Origin: a virus
Lineage: Duplodnaviria; Caudoviricetes
IMG/VR virus record: IMGVR_UViG_3300011443_000023
Coordinates: 1 to 44,737 of that record
Reading direction: 5' to 3' (one strand)
DNA length: 44,737 bases
Below, piece by piece: positions 8,578 to 17,274 of this stretch; position 1 is the stretch's first letter, and every line of letters begins with the position of its first letter. The notes beneath the pieces are model-generated. The model was given only the letters and a program-made list of their open reading frames with translations, was not told the DNA's origin and did no database searches. The position numbers and the translations under genes are program-made.

Positions 8578-9902
8578 GACATTCTGGTTCCCATGATCGC
8601 ACGCTGCGGCCTGGCGCGCTCCTGCTCGCCAGTCTCATAGCGCGGGATCAACCCATTGACATCCGCCTCGGCCATAGTGCGCAGCGCGTCAGCAACGTGC
8701 GCCGCCCACGTTGCCAGTGGATCGCGCCTCTCTATCCCTTGTTTGTTGGCAGGCGCGCTCTCGTAGCTCTTGAGCCCCCGGACCCCGACCTCGCAGGCAG
8801 GCAGGCGAAACTCGAACGTGCCGAACAGGCTCGCGGCATGGTTGATCCCGTTCCACACGTCCGCGACCTGGGGCACAATGAGCATTCGGCCGAGCTGCGC
8901 CTCGCGCGCGTCCTGTTCGAACGTCCGGCCGGTGCGGGCGGTCTGTTTCGCATCGTGAGGCAGGTAGTGGATTCCGTAGTTGTATCCTTTTTGGCGCATG
9001 TGGTGGACGCGCTCGGCCAGCGTCAGGTTCAGTCCATAATCGCAGTCGATGAAACGGGTTACCCCAAACGGGAGGCGCTGCCAATACCACACCACTGTGT
9101 TTTGTGGACTCCCGAGGTCCCAGGAAGTGTGGACAGGCACCCGCCCGTCGACCACAAATGCCCCGATGCGCCCCTCAGCGAGCGCCGCGCTCATAAATCT
9201 GCCGTAAATGGCATTTTCGTTGGCGCTTGTGAAGTCGCACCAAAACTCCTGGCGGATCAGGGCATCGCTCATCCCCTGGCGCCGCTCGGCTTCGATGTCA
9301 GCCAAGCTGATGGACCGGGTATCGTCGACAGTAAGCACCTGGGCGAACCAATCAGGATCGCTCCGTGCCATCGTCAGCATGTCATAGAGATGGTTTTCGC
9401 CGCGTGGAGTGGCGTTGAACCAAGCGAAGCCGCCATTCTCCGCGAGGATCGGGCGAGTCAGATCCCATGCCAGTGGGTTCTGGAGAGCGTATTCCGAGAA
9501 CGCGACGCCAAAGAAGTTACCGCCGACCACGTCCAGGTTGTCTGTCCCGAACACTTGGATCGTCGAGCCATTGATGAGCGAGATTTTCATCTCAGTCTGG
9601 TTCGGCTCTTTGGCCAGGAGTTCGCGCGGGATGTGATCGATGACGCGCATCTTGTTGGCCACGTCGACGTTCTCCCAGAGCGCGCGCCGACCGAGGCGGG
9701 CGGTGGGGAAATAATACGCATAGTTCGCCATCGTCTTGCACGCGCGGACGAGCATTTTGTTGAGGAACACTTTGTCTTTTCCGCAACGTCGATGCCAAAT
9801 GCACAGCACGCGCTTGTGGGCGTCCATGGCGCGCCAAGCTGGCAACTGGTAGTCGCGCGGCGTGAATCGATGTGGGACCTGAATGACCACTGGTGTCAGC
9901 AT
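8571..9902 (-). CDS. Terminase large subunit
   Basis: PRDYQ (Q motif), WHRRCGKD (Walker A), FSEY (Walker B variant), ATPRGENH, QEFWCDF, SWDLG nuclease motif, HVADALR. Confidence 0.95.
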   Translation of the reverse strand: MLTPVVIQVPHRFTPRDYQLPAWRAMDAHKRVLCIWHRRCGKDKVFLNKMLVRACKTMANYAYYFPTARLGRRALWENVDVANKMRVIDHIPRELLAKEPNQTEMKISLINGSTIQVFGTDNLDVVGGNFFGVAFSEYALQNPLAWDLTRPILAENGGFAWFNATPRGENHLYDMLTMARSDPDWFAQVLTVDDTRSISLADIEAERRQGMSDALIRQEFWCDFTSANENAIYGRFMSAALAEGRIGAFVVDGRVPVHTSWDLGSPQNTVVWYWQRLPFGVTRFIDCDYGLNLTLAERVHHMRQKGYNYGIHYLPHDAKQTARTGRTFEQDAREAQLGRMLIVPQVADVWNGINHAASLFGTFEFRLPACEVGVRGLKSYESAPANKQGIERRDPLATWAAHVADALRTMAEADVNGLIPRYETGEQERARPQRAIMGTRMSW

Positions 9903-9975
9903 AGGACCAAAGTCCTATTCCGCGCAAGGACCGTGGGAGGCGCGCCTGACGGCCAGCTTTTTCTCGAGTACTGGG

Positions 9976-10269
9976 TCAGAGTTCGCGCTCCAGCGGCGAA
10001 AGGTCGCTCCAGTGTGTCACCGACTTTACGGGTCCACTCCATGCCCCATCGTCTTCCTGAGACATCCAACCCATCCCTGTCCATTGTCCGATCTCAAAAT
10101 GCGGGGTCATCGCGGTGAGAGACGGATTGAACGCCTGCCAATCGATGAACAGCAGAAAACATTTTCCTACATCATCGTCCGCAGGCTGTTTATCGCAATA
10201 GCGATGCCATAAAACAGGCATTGATTCAATCATGGCGTTCCACCGGAGCGGGATCGGCGGCGAGGTCAA
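9976..10269 (-). CDS. Hypothetical protein (ends in VTHW, DUF551-like)
   Basis: 97 aa, TTGA overlap with the TerS stop. Confidence 0.5.
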   Translation of the reverse strand: MTSPPIPLRWNAMIESMPVLWHRYCDKQPADDDVGKCFLLFIDWQAFNPSLTAMTPHFEIGQWTGMGWMSQEDDGAWSGPVKSVTHWSDLSPLEREL

Positions 10270-10748
10270 AGGTTGCGCACTTCAATCACGATGCGGCCGT
10301 CGTGGTCGTGCAACTCCGGCTCATACCATCCCGCCATTTTGTTGAGCCGGTCGATGGCATCGATTTTAGAGGGCGTCTTGACGTGCTCAGTTTGCCATTC
10401 TGCGGCATCCTCGCCGGCGCCAGTGACCCGGCGGGATCGTTTGTATTCCTGGCAAAGCGGGGAAGTTTCGTCCACTTCGCCGACCGGAGTTTTGATGATT
10501 TCGACCAATGAACGGGCGATTGTCTCGCGCTTCACGCCGAGCTTTTTCTCGAGTACTTCGGCGAAAGACGTCTGAAGCTCCGCGATTCTTGCGGCAATCT
10601 TGCAGTCGGCCAGGAGTCTCGATGCGGCCTCCATTGCGGTTTTGGTCGTGCCCCCTTGGGAGACGTGTTCGAGGTAAGCGGCGCAGGCGAACTGACCGGC
10701 CGCGATGCCCTGGCAGAATTTCTCGTGCTTGGGAGAAATCGGCAGCAT
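10266..10748 (-). CDS. Terminase small subunit
   Basis: SPKHEKFCQGI...AAY...AASRLL...IAARIAELQ...KIDAIDRLNKMAG; start at ATG 10748 (TGATG coupling). Confidence 0.85.
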   Translation of the reverse strand: MLPISPKHEKFCQGIAAGQFACAAYLEHVSQGGTTKTAMEAASRLLADCKIAARIAELQTSFAEVLEKKLGVKRETIARSLVEIIKTPVGEVDETSPLCQEYKRSRRVTGAGEDAAEWQTEHVKTPSKIDAIDRLNKMAGWYEPELHDHDGRIVIEVRNL

Positions 10749-10984
10749 CAGGCGTGGCTGGCCTTTCTGCTTAGCGGAGCAGGCGCGAGCGAATGGGGAG
10801 TGCCATTTGGTGCGGGCCATGGGGCAGTTTGGATGCCGCGGATGATGCGTTGGCAACGGAGGCATTTGCGGTCGATTTGACCGTCGAGCGGGATGCCGCC
10901 GAGCCATGAGGCGCCACAGATTGGGCCGGCGAGTGCTGGAAGAACGAAGTGAGCTGAGTCATGCCAGAGCGACCGTTGCCACAT
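10748..10984 (-). CDS. Small putative Zn-binding protein (H..C...CxxC)
   Basis: AHFV...PICG...KCLRCQR; stop coupled to the TerS start. Confidence 0.45.
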   Translation of the reverse strand: MWQRSLWHDSAHFVLPALAGPICGASWLGGIPLDGQIDRKCLRCQRIIRGIQTAPWPAPNGTPHSLAPAPLSRKASHA

Positions 10985-11137
10985 GTTGAGCGAGAGGGAA
11001 CCATGGGAGTGGGGCAAAGGTCAAGCACAAAAGTGAGTCTGAGGGCCAGAGATTGGGCCCGTCTCCCCTCCGCTGTTCTGACCCTCTGGCACCCCCGCGG
11101 AGCCCGCCACGGGCATCCTGGTGCAAATGCGGGCTGT

Positions 11138-11755
11138 TTAGCTGCCGGTCGCAGAGCCAATGGCTTTGCGAAACAAGCCCATCCCCGCGAGAAGCAGTCC
11201 GAAGAGCATCACGCCTGCACCGCCTTCCGGAACCGGCGGCTCATCGTCCGGGGGATCGTCGCCTGGAGGAGGCGTCGGCCCGTCGAAGAGCGTGTAGTGG
11301 GAAATCTGGTATTGCGAAGGATTGGTGGTCCAGAGGTTCCACGGGTTCTCTGGGATTGTGCTCGCCTGATTGCCAAGGGCAAAGAGGACGTAGCCGGCAT
11401 TCTGACCGTCGTATTTGGCGAGCACCCAGCGCCAGCCCGCCTCAATGCTCACGGTGTCGTCAGCATCGCCAAAGCCGCCGCCGGGTTCCTCGTTCTGCCC
11501 GCCATTCGAGGTGATGGTCCCCGAGAAGGAGAAGACGGTGTTGGCTTTGTAGAACCCGTCGATCTCACCAAGGGAGAGATCGAGGATGTCCTGGGCGTAG
11601 CCGAGTTCAGTGGCGAGGTTGGAGTTGCCGGGTTGACCCTCAACGATGCCGACCAGGAACGGCTTCTGGAGGCTCAGCGGATTATCGATGACGATGGCCG
11701 AGGCCGGAAAAGCCAGCACGAAGGCGGCCGCGAAGAGAGTGAAGACGGTTTTCAT
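11138..11755 (-). CDS. PEP-CTERM / VPDSG-CTERM-type exosortase substrate (secreted, surface-sorted protein)
   Basis: Signal peptide MKTVFTLFAAAFVLAFPASA, Pro/Asp linker, VPEGG followed by hydrophobic helix AGVMLFGLLLAGMGLF and basic RK. Confidence 0.85.
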   Translation of the reverse strand: MKTVFTLFAAAFVLAFPASAIVIDNPLSLQKPFLVGIVEGQPGNSNLATELGYAQDILDLSLGEIDGFYKANTVFSFSGTITSNGGQNEEPGGGFGDADDTVSIEAGWRWVLAKYDGQNAGYVLFALGNQASTIPENPWNLWTTNPSQYQISHYTLFDGPTPPPGDDPPDDEPPVPEGGAGVMLFGLLLAGMGLFRKAIGSATGS

Positions 11756-11794
11756 GAAATTATCTGATGCGCGTAGGTGGGTCAGGAAGCTTCC

Positions 11795-12055
11795 CTAATG
11801 CTCACCGCCAGCAATTTCCAGAGGAGTTTTCAAGCGCCTGGCCTTGAGCAACCCCATCGCCGCCTGCCGCACCGCCAGCATCCGCTGCTTCGGCACCGTC
11901 CCGACGCGCGCGATCAGTCGGCCCACGTCTTGGGTCGCCATGCCCGCGACGTATGGCCGCGGGTGGATCGAGCCGATGCAGACGACGGACTCCAGGTCGG
12001 CGAGGAGCGGGGCGAGTTCGGTCGCCTGGTCGTCGGTTATGGGGAGGTCGATCAT
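11795..12055 (-). CDS. Hypothetical protein
   Basis: MIDLPITDD..., ATGA-coupled to the upstream ORF. Confidence 0.55.
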   Translation of the reverse strand: MIDLPITDDQATELAPLLADLESVVCIGSIHPRPYVAGMATQDVGRLIARVGTVPKQRMLAVRQAAMGLLKARRLKTPLEIAGGEH

Positions 12056-12240
12056 TGGCCGATTTTCGCGCTCGCCAGTATCCGCGCGCACTCCGCTTTT
12101 TCTGGCGAACGCTGCCACCGCGCGAGCAGTGCCTTCACGTCCTCGGCGCTGTATGGATCGGGTTGGGATTGCTTCCACTCTTCTCGGATCTCGCGGCAGC
12201 GATCGAGGGCTTGCTGGTCGGTTTCGGGCGTGATGGTCAT
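12052..12240 (-). CDS. Hypothetical protein
   Basis: 62 aa directly after the helicase gene. Confidence 0.55.
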   Translation of the reverse strand: MTITPETDQQALDRCREIREEWKQSQPDPYSAEDVKALLARWQRSPEKAECARILASAKIGQ

Positions 12241-12243
12241 GGT

Positions 12244-14121
12244 TTAGAATGGGCGTTGAATTTCGTTCTCGGTCATTTGGCAGAACAGTGGTTGAAACGT
12301 GATTTTGAAATCACCCCGCGGCATGGAACGGGCTCTCTGGATCTTTAGCAGCATCTCTCGCGGGGCTTTATAATCGGCCGGAGAATCCTCCTCAGTCAGC
12401 ACCATGATTGCGTGGGCATCGTGCCCGACGGCGCGCGACTCCCGCAGCTTGCCGTCGTCATTCAATTGGCTGAGGACTAGAAACGGGACATTCAGATTCT
12501 TTGCCATTACGCGAATGGCGCGCCCGATGCTGGCAATCTGCTGCTCTCGATTATCCCGGAAAGAATTCCCGGGAGCCACCAATTGCAGATAGTCAATAAC
12601 GACGAAAGCCAGATTGCGCTCGCGTTTGAGTTTCCTGCACCGCAATTCTATCTCATCGGTGGTGGTGGTGGGTGAGTCGAAAATGTAGAGCGGCGCTGTG
12701 TTGAAAGTTTGCATTACCTCACGCGCGCTTTCGATCTCCTCGGCATCAAAGAAACCTGTGTTGTAATGGTTTCGATTCACCTGGCCATTCATGCAGATGA
12801 GCAGATCGGTCAGTTCATCCTTATCCATCTCCATCGAAAAGACTGCGGTCGGTGCCTTGCCGTGCAGGCAGACGTTGTTGATGATATTTAGGGCAAGCGC
12901 CGACTTTCCTCCCTTCGATTCCGCGGCCAGAATAATCATCTGCTTCTTACGAAACCCGCCCGAGATCTCGTCGAATTTCGGCAAGCCGATATGCAGTCCG
13001 ATCTTGCCACGATTCGCAATCAGATCGTCGAGCCTTTCCCCCGCATCCAGCATCACTTGATGCATTGGATTTTTGGGCAACGCCTCGGTCTTTAACGCCT
13101 CCTTGAAATACTCGATCCGATCCGAAGTCATCGGCTCAACCTGCGGGTCGAGGTAAACCAGCGATTGCAGCCCGTCCCCCTTGGCACCGATGGTGCGTTT
13201 CGCGCCGGCCAAGCGCGAAAGTCTCGATGGGTTTTTGTTCGCCTGGTCGAATCCGAATGGCTCCAATGCCGTCAGGATCTCTTTCGCTTTCTCCGCATAG
13301 TCCTCACGCGATTTGGCATCTAGTTTCACCCAGGCGTGAGCAGAACTCCCGCCAGACAGAATGATTGCCGCGATGGCAAGGTTCGAGCAGTCGAGAAACG
13401 CGAGTTGTGACGCCATGTCGAGCCGATCGTTTTCCACCAACAGGAACCGATAAGAGGCAATGTCCGCGTCTGTGATTGCGCCATCGGCTCCGGTCCCCTC
13501 ATTGCACGGGTTGGGCCGCATCCATGCGCCAGCGGCGCTCTGGGGCACGCTGTGCGCCTCCAGGTAGTCCATCCACCCAGCGGCATCCAAAAGCTTCCCA
13601 CTGCCTTGTGGATTCGCTTTCTCGCCGTTCTGCGTGAATCGGCAAACAATGTTCAGTTTTTCATTCGGGGCGTAGAGCGTGCAAATGAGAACCTCGGTTT
13701 GTCCGACCGGGGTCCGCGGAATCTCGACTTTGCTTTTCGCGGACCAGTCAGCCGGTGAGCATTCCCAGTTGCCGATGAGCTTTGCGACCGCGGCCTTGGG
13801 TGTGGGTTTTGGTGCCGGCGGGACGCCTTGCACGCCGAAGAATTTCTTGCGCTCGGCCGGCTGGTATCCGCCGCCGTTTCCATTGCCGCTCGGGGTTGGG
13901 TTTTTGTCCAGCACCCACGAAATCACGTCGTTGATTTCCTTGTCGGTTTTGTCGGCGTCTTGGAACGTCGCCCGCAGTTGCGCAAATACGGCTTCCGGTG
14001 CCACGCCGTTTCCGATGAGTGGCACCGCGATTTTGATCATCGCGGCGTGGCGCGTGCCGGTCGGGTGACTCGCCGACAACTCCTCGATCGTCTTCGCTGG
14101 GATGTAGGGCGCGCCGTTCAC
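12244..14121 (-). CDS. Primase (RepB/PrimPol-like) fused to a DnaB-like replicative helicase
   Basis: N-terminal helical region (GTRHAAMIKIA), FLLVEND...SGGSSAHAWV...KNPSRLSRL primase motifs; helicase motifs ILAAESKGGKS, FSMEM, VIDYLQL, LSQLN...LRES. GTG start at 14121 overlaps the upstream stop. Confidence 0.88.
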   Translation of the reverse strand: MNGAPYIPAKTIEELSASHPTGTRHAAMIKIAVPLIGNGVAPEAVFAQLRATFQDADKTDKEINDVISWVLDKNPTPSGNGNGGGYQPAERKKFFGVQGVPPAPKPTPKAAVAKLIGNWECSPADWSAKSKVEIPRTPVGQTEVLICTLYAPNEKLNIVCRFTQNGEKANPQGSGKLLDAAGWMDYLEAHSVPQSAAGAWMRPNPCNEGTGADGAITDADIASYRFLLVENDRLDMASQLAFLDCSNLAIAAIILSGGSSAHAWVKLDAKSREDYAEKAKEILTALEPFGFDQANKNPSRLSRLAGAKRTIGAKGDGLQSLVYLDPQVEPMTSDRIEYFKEALKTEALPKNPMHQVMLDAGERLDDLIANRGKIGLHIGLPKFDEISGGFRKKQMIILAAESKGGKSALALNIINNVCLHGKAPTAVFSMEMDKDELTDLLICMNGQVNRNHYNTGFFDAEEIESAREVMQTFNTAPLYIFDSPTTTTDEIELRCRKLKRERNLAFVVIDYLQLVAPGNSFRDNREQQIASIGRAIRVMAKNLNVPFLVLSQLNDDGKLRESRAVGHDAHAIMVLTEEDSPADYKAPREMLLKIQRARSMPRGDFKITFQPLFCQMTENEIQRPF

Positions 14122-14627
14122 TGCATGTGCGGGTGGAGCCGCCGATGGCATGGGAGGCAGACGGCCACGAGTTCCCACAGAAACTCGTTTTCGAGGTGCT
14201 CGTAGGTCAGGTGGTGCGCCTGTTCCGCTTGGGCGTCCAAGCACCCCTGGCACGTCCAGTTGTCGCGTTTAAGCACCGCGAGGCGTCGGCGTCGCCATTC
14301 CGGTGTGGCGAGATATGCGTTGTATTTCGCCCGCCGCTCTTTTTCTGCTTTCTCCCGTTCGAGTTGCGCGCGCTCGAATTGCTCGCGTTGCTGCTCGTAA
14401 CGTGCCATTTCGCGCAGTCGAAAACTGTCATCCCACGGCCCCATTGCGGCGATATCTTCAGGCGTGAAAAGCGACTTTTTCAATGCGCGGCCGCCGCGGC
14501 CACAATCCGGGCATTGCTCGAAAATGGCGTCGGAACCGTTCGCGTAAGTGCGGCGCCGCGGGATTTTCGTCGTGCATTCGCATTCCTCACGATCGCCGGT
14601 TGATTGCGGGAATTCTAGTTCGCTCAT
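14118..14627 (-). CDS. HNH-family protein with N-terminal Zn ribbon
   Basis: YLATPEWRRRR..VLKRDNWTCQGC...AHHLTY...LVAVCLPCHRRLH; N-terminal CEC and CPDC. Confidence 0.8.
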   Translation of the reverse strand: MSELEFPQSTGDREECECTTKIPRRRTYANGSDAIFEQCPDCGRGGRALKKSLFTPEDIAAMGPWDDSFRLREMARYEQQREQFERAQLEREKAEKERRAKYNAYLATPEWRRRRLAVLKRDNWTCQGCLDAQAEQAHHLTYEHLENEFLWELVAVCLPCHRRLHPHMQ

Positions 14628-14629
14628 GG

Positions 14630-15391
14630 TCAGTAATGGCTTGGTTCTTTGAACTTTCTGGATCGGTCGAGCTCGCCGTTGAAGTTGTTCAGCAGTGTTG
14701 CGAGGCTGCGCCGTCGGATGTCCGAATCCTTTGGGATCTGGAGTTTGTAATACCATTCGAGGCGCTGCAAATCGGGCTCTGAAACCGTTTTTGCAATCTG
14801 GCGTAACGCCTTGATTTCCTTTGCGTCCCACTGGGTTGATTGCCGCCGGCCGAAGATGGCGCCGAGTCGCCGTTGGAGGTCGGCCAGCGGGATTGCGTCC
14901 GGCTCTTGCGGCTCACCGGACGGCTCGGCCCCCCTCGCGCTGGGGGTAGGGGTTTTGCTTTGAAAACCCCGTAGGGGGCTTCGCCCCCTGTACGTGGTGG
15001 GTGGTGGCGATTCGTCTGCGACCCCGTCTGCGGGGTCGCTTCCGTTGTCGCTAGCGACTCGCTCGCCCCATCGCTTGCGATTCGTTTCCTCTGCTCCCCG
15101 CCTTCGCTTTTGGATACGTTCGCGTTGATCAGCGCGGATCGTTTCGAGTCTCGCGTTTCGCCGCCTCCCATCCTCGCAGAGCGGAAACTTCTCTAGAACT
15201 GCGATTGGGATTTGAGCACCCTTCTTGTAGCCGATGATCTTAGCAATCGCGTCGATGCTGGCTGGCAGGCCTTCCTCCGTCCATTGATAACAGAGTAGGT
15301 CCAAGTAATCACACCGCTCGATCTTGGACATATGGCGCGTGCCATGAGTCCACCTCTCGGCATAAAGATCGAAGGCGGGCGCATCCTTCAC
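14630..15391 (-). CDS. Replication initiator-like protein (DUF1376/YdaU family)
   Basis: PAFDLYAERW..GTRHMS..ERCDYLDLLCYQW...GLP...N.RLE N-terminal domain; low-complexity linker; helical C-terminal domain. Confidence 0.8.
   Translation of the reverse strand: MKDAPAFDLYAERWTHGTRHMSKIERCDYLDLLCYQWTEEGLPASIDAIAKIIGYKKGAQIPIAVLEKFPLCEDGRRRNARLETIRADQRERIQKRRRGAEETNRKRWGERVASDNGSDPADGVADESPPPTTYRGRSPLRGFQSKTPTPSARGAEPSGEPQEPDAIPLADLQRRLGAIFGRRQSTQWDAKEIKALRQIAKTVSEPDLQRLEWYYKLQIPKDSDIRRRSLATLLNNFNGELDRSRKFKEPSHY
14942..15085. other. Candidate replication origin (iteron-like repeats inside the initiator gene)
   Basis: gcgattcgt twice (15007, 15077), tcgctWgcga twice (15048, 15071), inverted repeat gcgacccc/ggggtcgc (15018-15039), adjacent inverted repeats ggggttttg..aaaacccc and gggggc-ttc-gccccc. 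Confidence 0.4.
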
Positions 15392-15412
15392 TTATTGCTC
15401 CCTCCCACAAAG

Positions 15413-15533
15413 AATCCCTCCGTTCTGGCCGCGGCTACCCCCGGAACGCGAGGCACGACCAGAACGGAAGGATTGATTTGCAATTGCGTTCATAACTTAC
15501 AGGCCGGGTAGCATGGCCATGTGGATTCTAGCA
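15413..15533 (-). promoter_or_regulatory. Extended -10 promoter and attenuator-like leader of the replication operon
   Basis: TGcTAGAAT (15533-15525); leader box gctaccc; 16-bp stem (15413-15428 / 15459-15474) whose loop contains the complementary gggtagc, followed by cttt. Confidence 0.55.
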
Positions 15534-15598
15534 TCAAGCCGGTGGAAATTGCACAGCAAAAACGCGATTTGCGGGTACTTTTTTCGGTCGTGCTTGGT

Positions 15599-15640
15599 AA
15601 CGTCGGTCATAAGTCGGTAAACGTCGGCTCAACGTCGGTT
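15599..15640 (-). repeat. Helically phased GAC(G/T)T array (4 units)
   Basis: accGACGTtgagccGACGTttaccGACTTatgaccGACGTta, spacing 11/10/11. Confidence 0.75.
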
Positions 15641-16123
15641 TGGTTGTTCTGTTAGGCTCGGCACGATTGTCGTTTCCGCCCATTCCCCGTCCTTCCACTG
15701 CGCGAAAATCCACCTCACTGCCGGCCAGGACGCAACCGCTTCCTTCCAGGCCAGCACGCTGCGCGCAGAATGACCCAGGAACGCGCCTTTAACCTCGACC
15801 GCGGCCACGAGGCGGTCCCATTCCCAAATCGACCAGTCGCAGGTATAGAGGCAACCAGAGGGCAACCTGAAGGAAACCGCCTCATAGCGAAAGTCCGCGC
15901 CAGGCCAAAGGTGCCGGTGGTCGGTGAGCCAGCGGGCTTCGGTGGCGTTCGGGTGGCGCTGGCGCGGGACGCGGATGGAGGGCTTCTTCGCGGTGAGTTC
16001 GAGCGCCTCATGATGGTCGAGCGTCAGCGGCATCGCCTGCACCGGGATGACGCCACCGCGGCCGTCGCCTGGCTTGTAGCCGAGACGGTGCAGTTCTTCG
16101 CGCGAGAGTCGGACCGCTTTCAT
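15629..16123 (-). CDS. PD-(D/E)XK nuclease / Holliday-junction resolvase-like protein (DUF1064 / endonuclease I-like)
   Basis: NATEAR...YEAVSFRL...YTCDW...VEVKG. Confidence 0.75.
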   Translation of the reverse strand: MKAVRLSREELHRLGYKPGDGRGGVIPVQAMPLTLDHHEALELTAKKPSIRVPRQRHPNATEARWLTDHRHLWPGADFRYEAVSFRLPSGCLYTCDWSIWEWDRLVAAVEVKGAFLGHSARSVLAWKEAVASWPAVRWIFAQWKDGEWAETTIVPSLTEQPNRR

Positions 16124-16284
16124 TTAGATCGGGGGACCAGTGGTCGTTGCAGTTGCTCGCTTTGCCACGCTACGTCATGCCCATGGTTCGCGCTCATGTC
16201 ACACGGCTGCGAGTCCCGGCGTGTACGGCCGGCGAGGATAATACCTCGATACGCCCTTTGCCCTGGTCCCCCGAAAAGTTTCAT
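16120..16284 (-). CDS. 54-aa ORF running through a structured element
   Basis: ATGA overlaps with both neighbours; sequence not protein-family-like. Confidence 0.35.
   Translation of the reverse strand: MKLFGGPGQRAYRGIILAGRTRRDSQPCDMSANHGHDVAWQSEQLQRPLVPRSK
16129..16274. ncRNA. Candidate structured RNA (146 nt multibranch)
   Basis: Perfect 12-bp closing stem tcgggggaccag / ctggtcccccga; internal stems cgagg-ataata-cctcg and ccggc..gccgg. Confidence 0.4.
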
Positions 16285-16373
16285 CTGAGCAGCCGGTAAA
16301 ACAGCCAGACCATGAACGCGGCCGAGGCGCAGCAAATGACGACGCTGACGAGGAACCACCAGTCGGGTTTCAT
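16281..16373 (-). CDS. 30-aa single-TM peptide
   Basis: MKPDWWFLVSVVICCASAAFMVWLFYRLLR; ATGA-coupled at both ends; too short for the ORF track. Confidence 0.55.
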   Translation of the reverse strand: MKPDWWFLVSVVICCASAAFMVWLFYRLLR

Positions 16374-16882
16374 GGCTTCGCCTCCATCCCGAGCGCGGCC
16401 TTCAGGGTTTCAACCGCATGTGAGCACCCGCCGACCGAGCCATCCCGGTCGTGCCATGCGACGACGCTCTGCGCTGCGGTTTCGAGTTCGGCGATGCGGG
16501 CGCGGGCGGCATCTAGCTTGGCAGTTGCATCTGCTTCTCTACTTCTATTGTCTCGCTCGGCTTCGAGGGCGGCCACTTGCTTCCGCAGGTGATCTATTTC
16601 CGCGCGGAAAGCCTCTATGGCCACATCATCCCGACCATTGGAGTCATCGAGTTCCGTCTTGAGCGCCGCCACGCGATACCCAGCCTCAACCAGAAGGCGT
16701 TCCTTCTCGTCATTGTCATTGATGGCAGCGTCCCGCTCGGCTTCGAGCGCGGCGATGCGCTCGCGGGCTGTGGCGAGGTCGCGCTCCAGCGTGCGGGCAA
16801 CGTCAGCTATTGCAGACATTCCCCCATAATCTGCTCTGGGAGCAGCCTCCCATCCAGCATCAGTTCTCGGCGTGTCGCTCAT
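16370..16882 (-). CDS. Coiled-coil early protein
   Basis: MSDTPRTD start typical of phage accessory genes; repeated (R)IAALEAERD units. Confidence 0.65.
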   Translation of the reverse strand: MSDTPRTDAGWEAAPRADYGGMSAIADVARTLERDLATARERIAALEAERDAAINDNDEKERLLVEAGYRVAALKTELDDSNGRDDVAIEAFRAEIDHLRKQVAALEAERDNRSREADATAKLDAARARIAELETAAQSVVAWHDRDGSVGGCSHAVETLKAALGMEAKP

Positions 16883-17274
16883 GGCTGCTCCTCCTTGCCC
16901 ACCGCCAGCGCGGCGGACACGCTTGTGACTACGCATCCCACAGCATGTCTTAATTCTCCTGCTGGGCATGTAACTCCGCAGAATGGGCACTGGCTGTCCC
17001 ATGCGCCAGCATTTGGCAGGGCGCTTTTGATTCGGTGACTTGCGTCCTCCAACGCCTTCCGCAGCCGGTCCCGCTCGCGTTCCAGAACGGCAATCCGCTT
17101 TAGTGCACTGACGAATGGCCAGCCGTCCCGCTCCGCTTCGAGGGTGGCGATGCGGGCGGTTGCCTCGGACAACTCGAATTTCAGCGCGTCGATCCGCACC
17201 AGCGATTGCCCCAGTTGGATGGCAAGCTCGTGCTCGCGCTCCTGGGCGGATTTAAGGACGGGGTCGGTGGTCAT
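16879..17274 (-). CDS. Coiled-coil protein with C-terminal CPFC..H..C Zn motif
   Basis: ATGA-coupled; shares RIATLEAERD with its neighbour. Confidence 0.6.
   Translation of the reverse strand: MTTDPVLKSAQEREHELAIQLGQSLVRIDALKFELSEATARIATLEAERDGWPFVSALKRIAVLERERDRLRKALEDASHRIKSALPNAGAWDSQCPFCGVTCPAGELRHAVGCVVTSVSAALAVGKEEQP

Noticed and set aside
550-10118. Long plus-strand ORFs (550..1458, 2802..3800, 5415..6377, 6136..7344, 8697..10118 and similar)
   Set aside because: Antisense shadows of recognisable minus-strand genes in GC-rich DNA; no family motifs.
11046-11137. Hairpins downstream of the PEP-CTERM gene as an intrinsic terminator or ncRNA
   Set aside because: Stems are short (7 bp) with large loops and no adjacent U-tract; expected by chance at this GC content.
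16129-16274. tRNA, tmRNA or c-di-GMP riboswitch identity for the structured element
   Set aside because: No T-loop (GTTCRA) in a cloverleaf context or CCA end; only a short cagggcaaa resemblance to the riboswitch without the rest.
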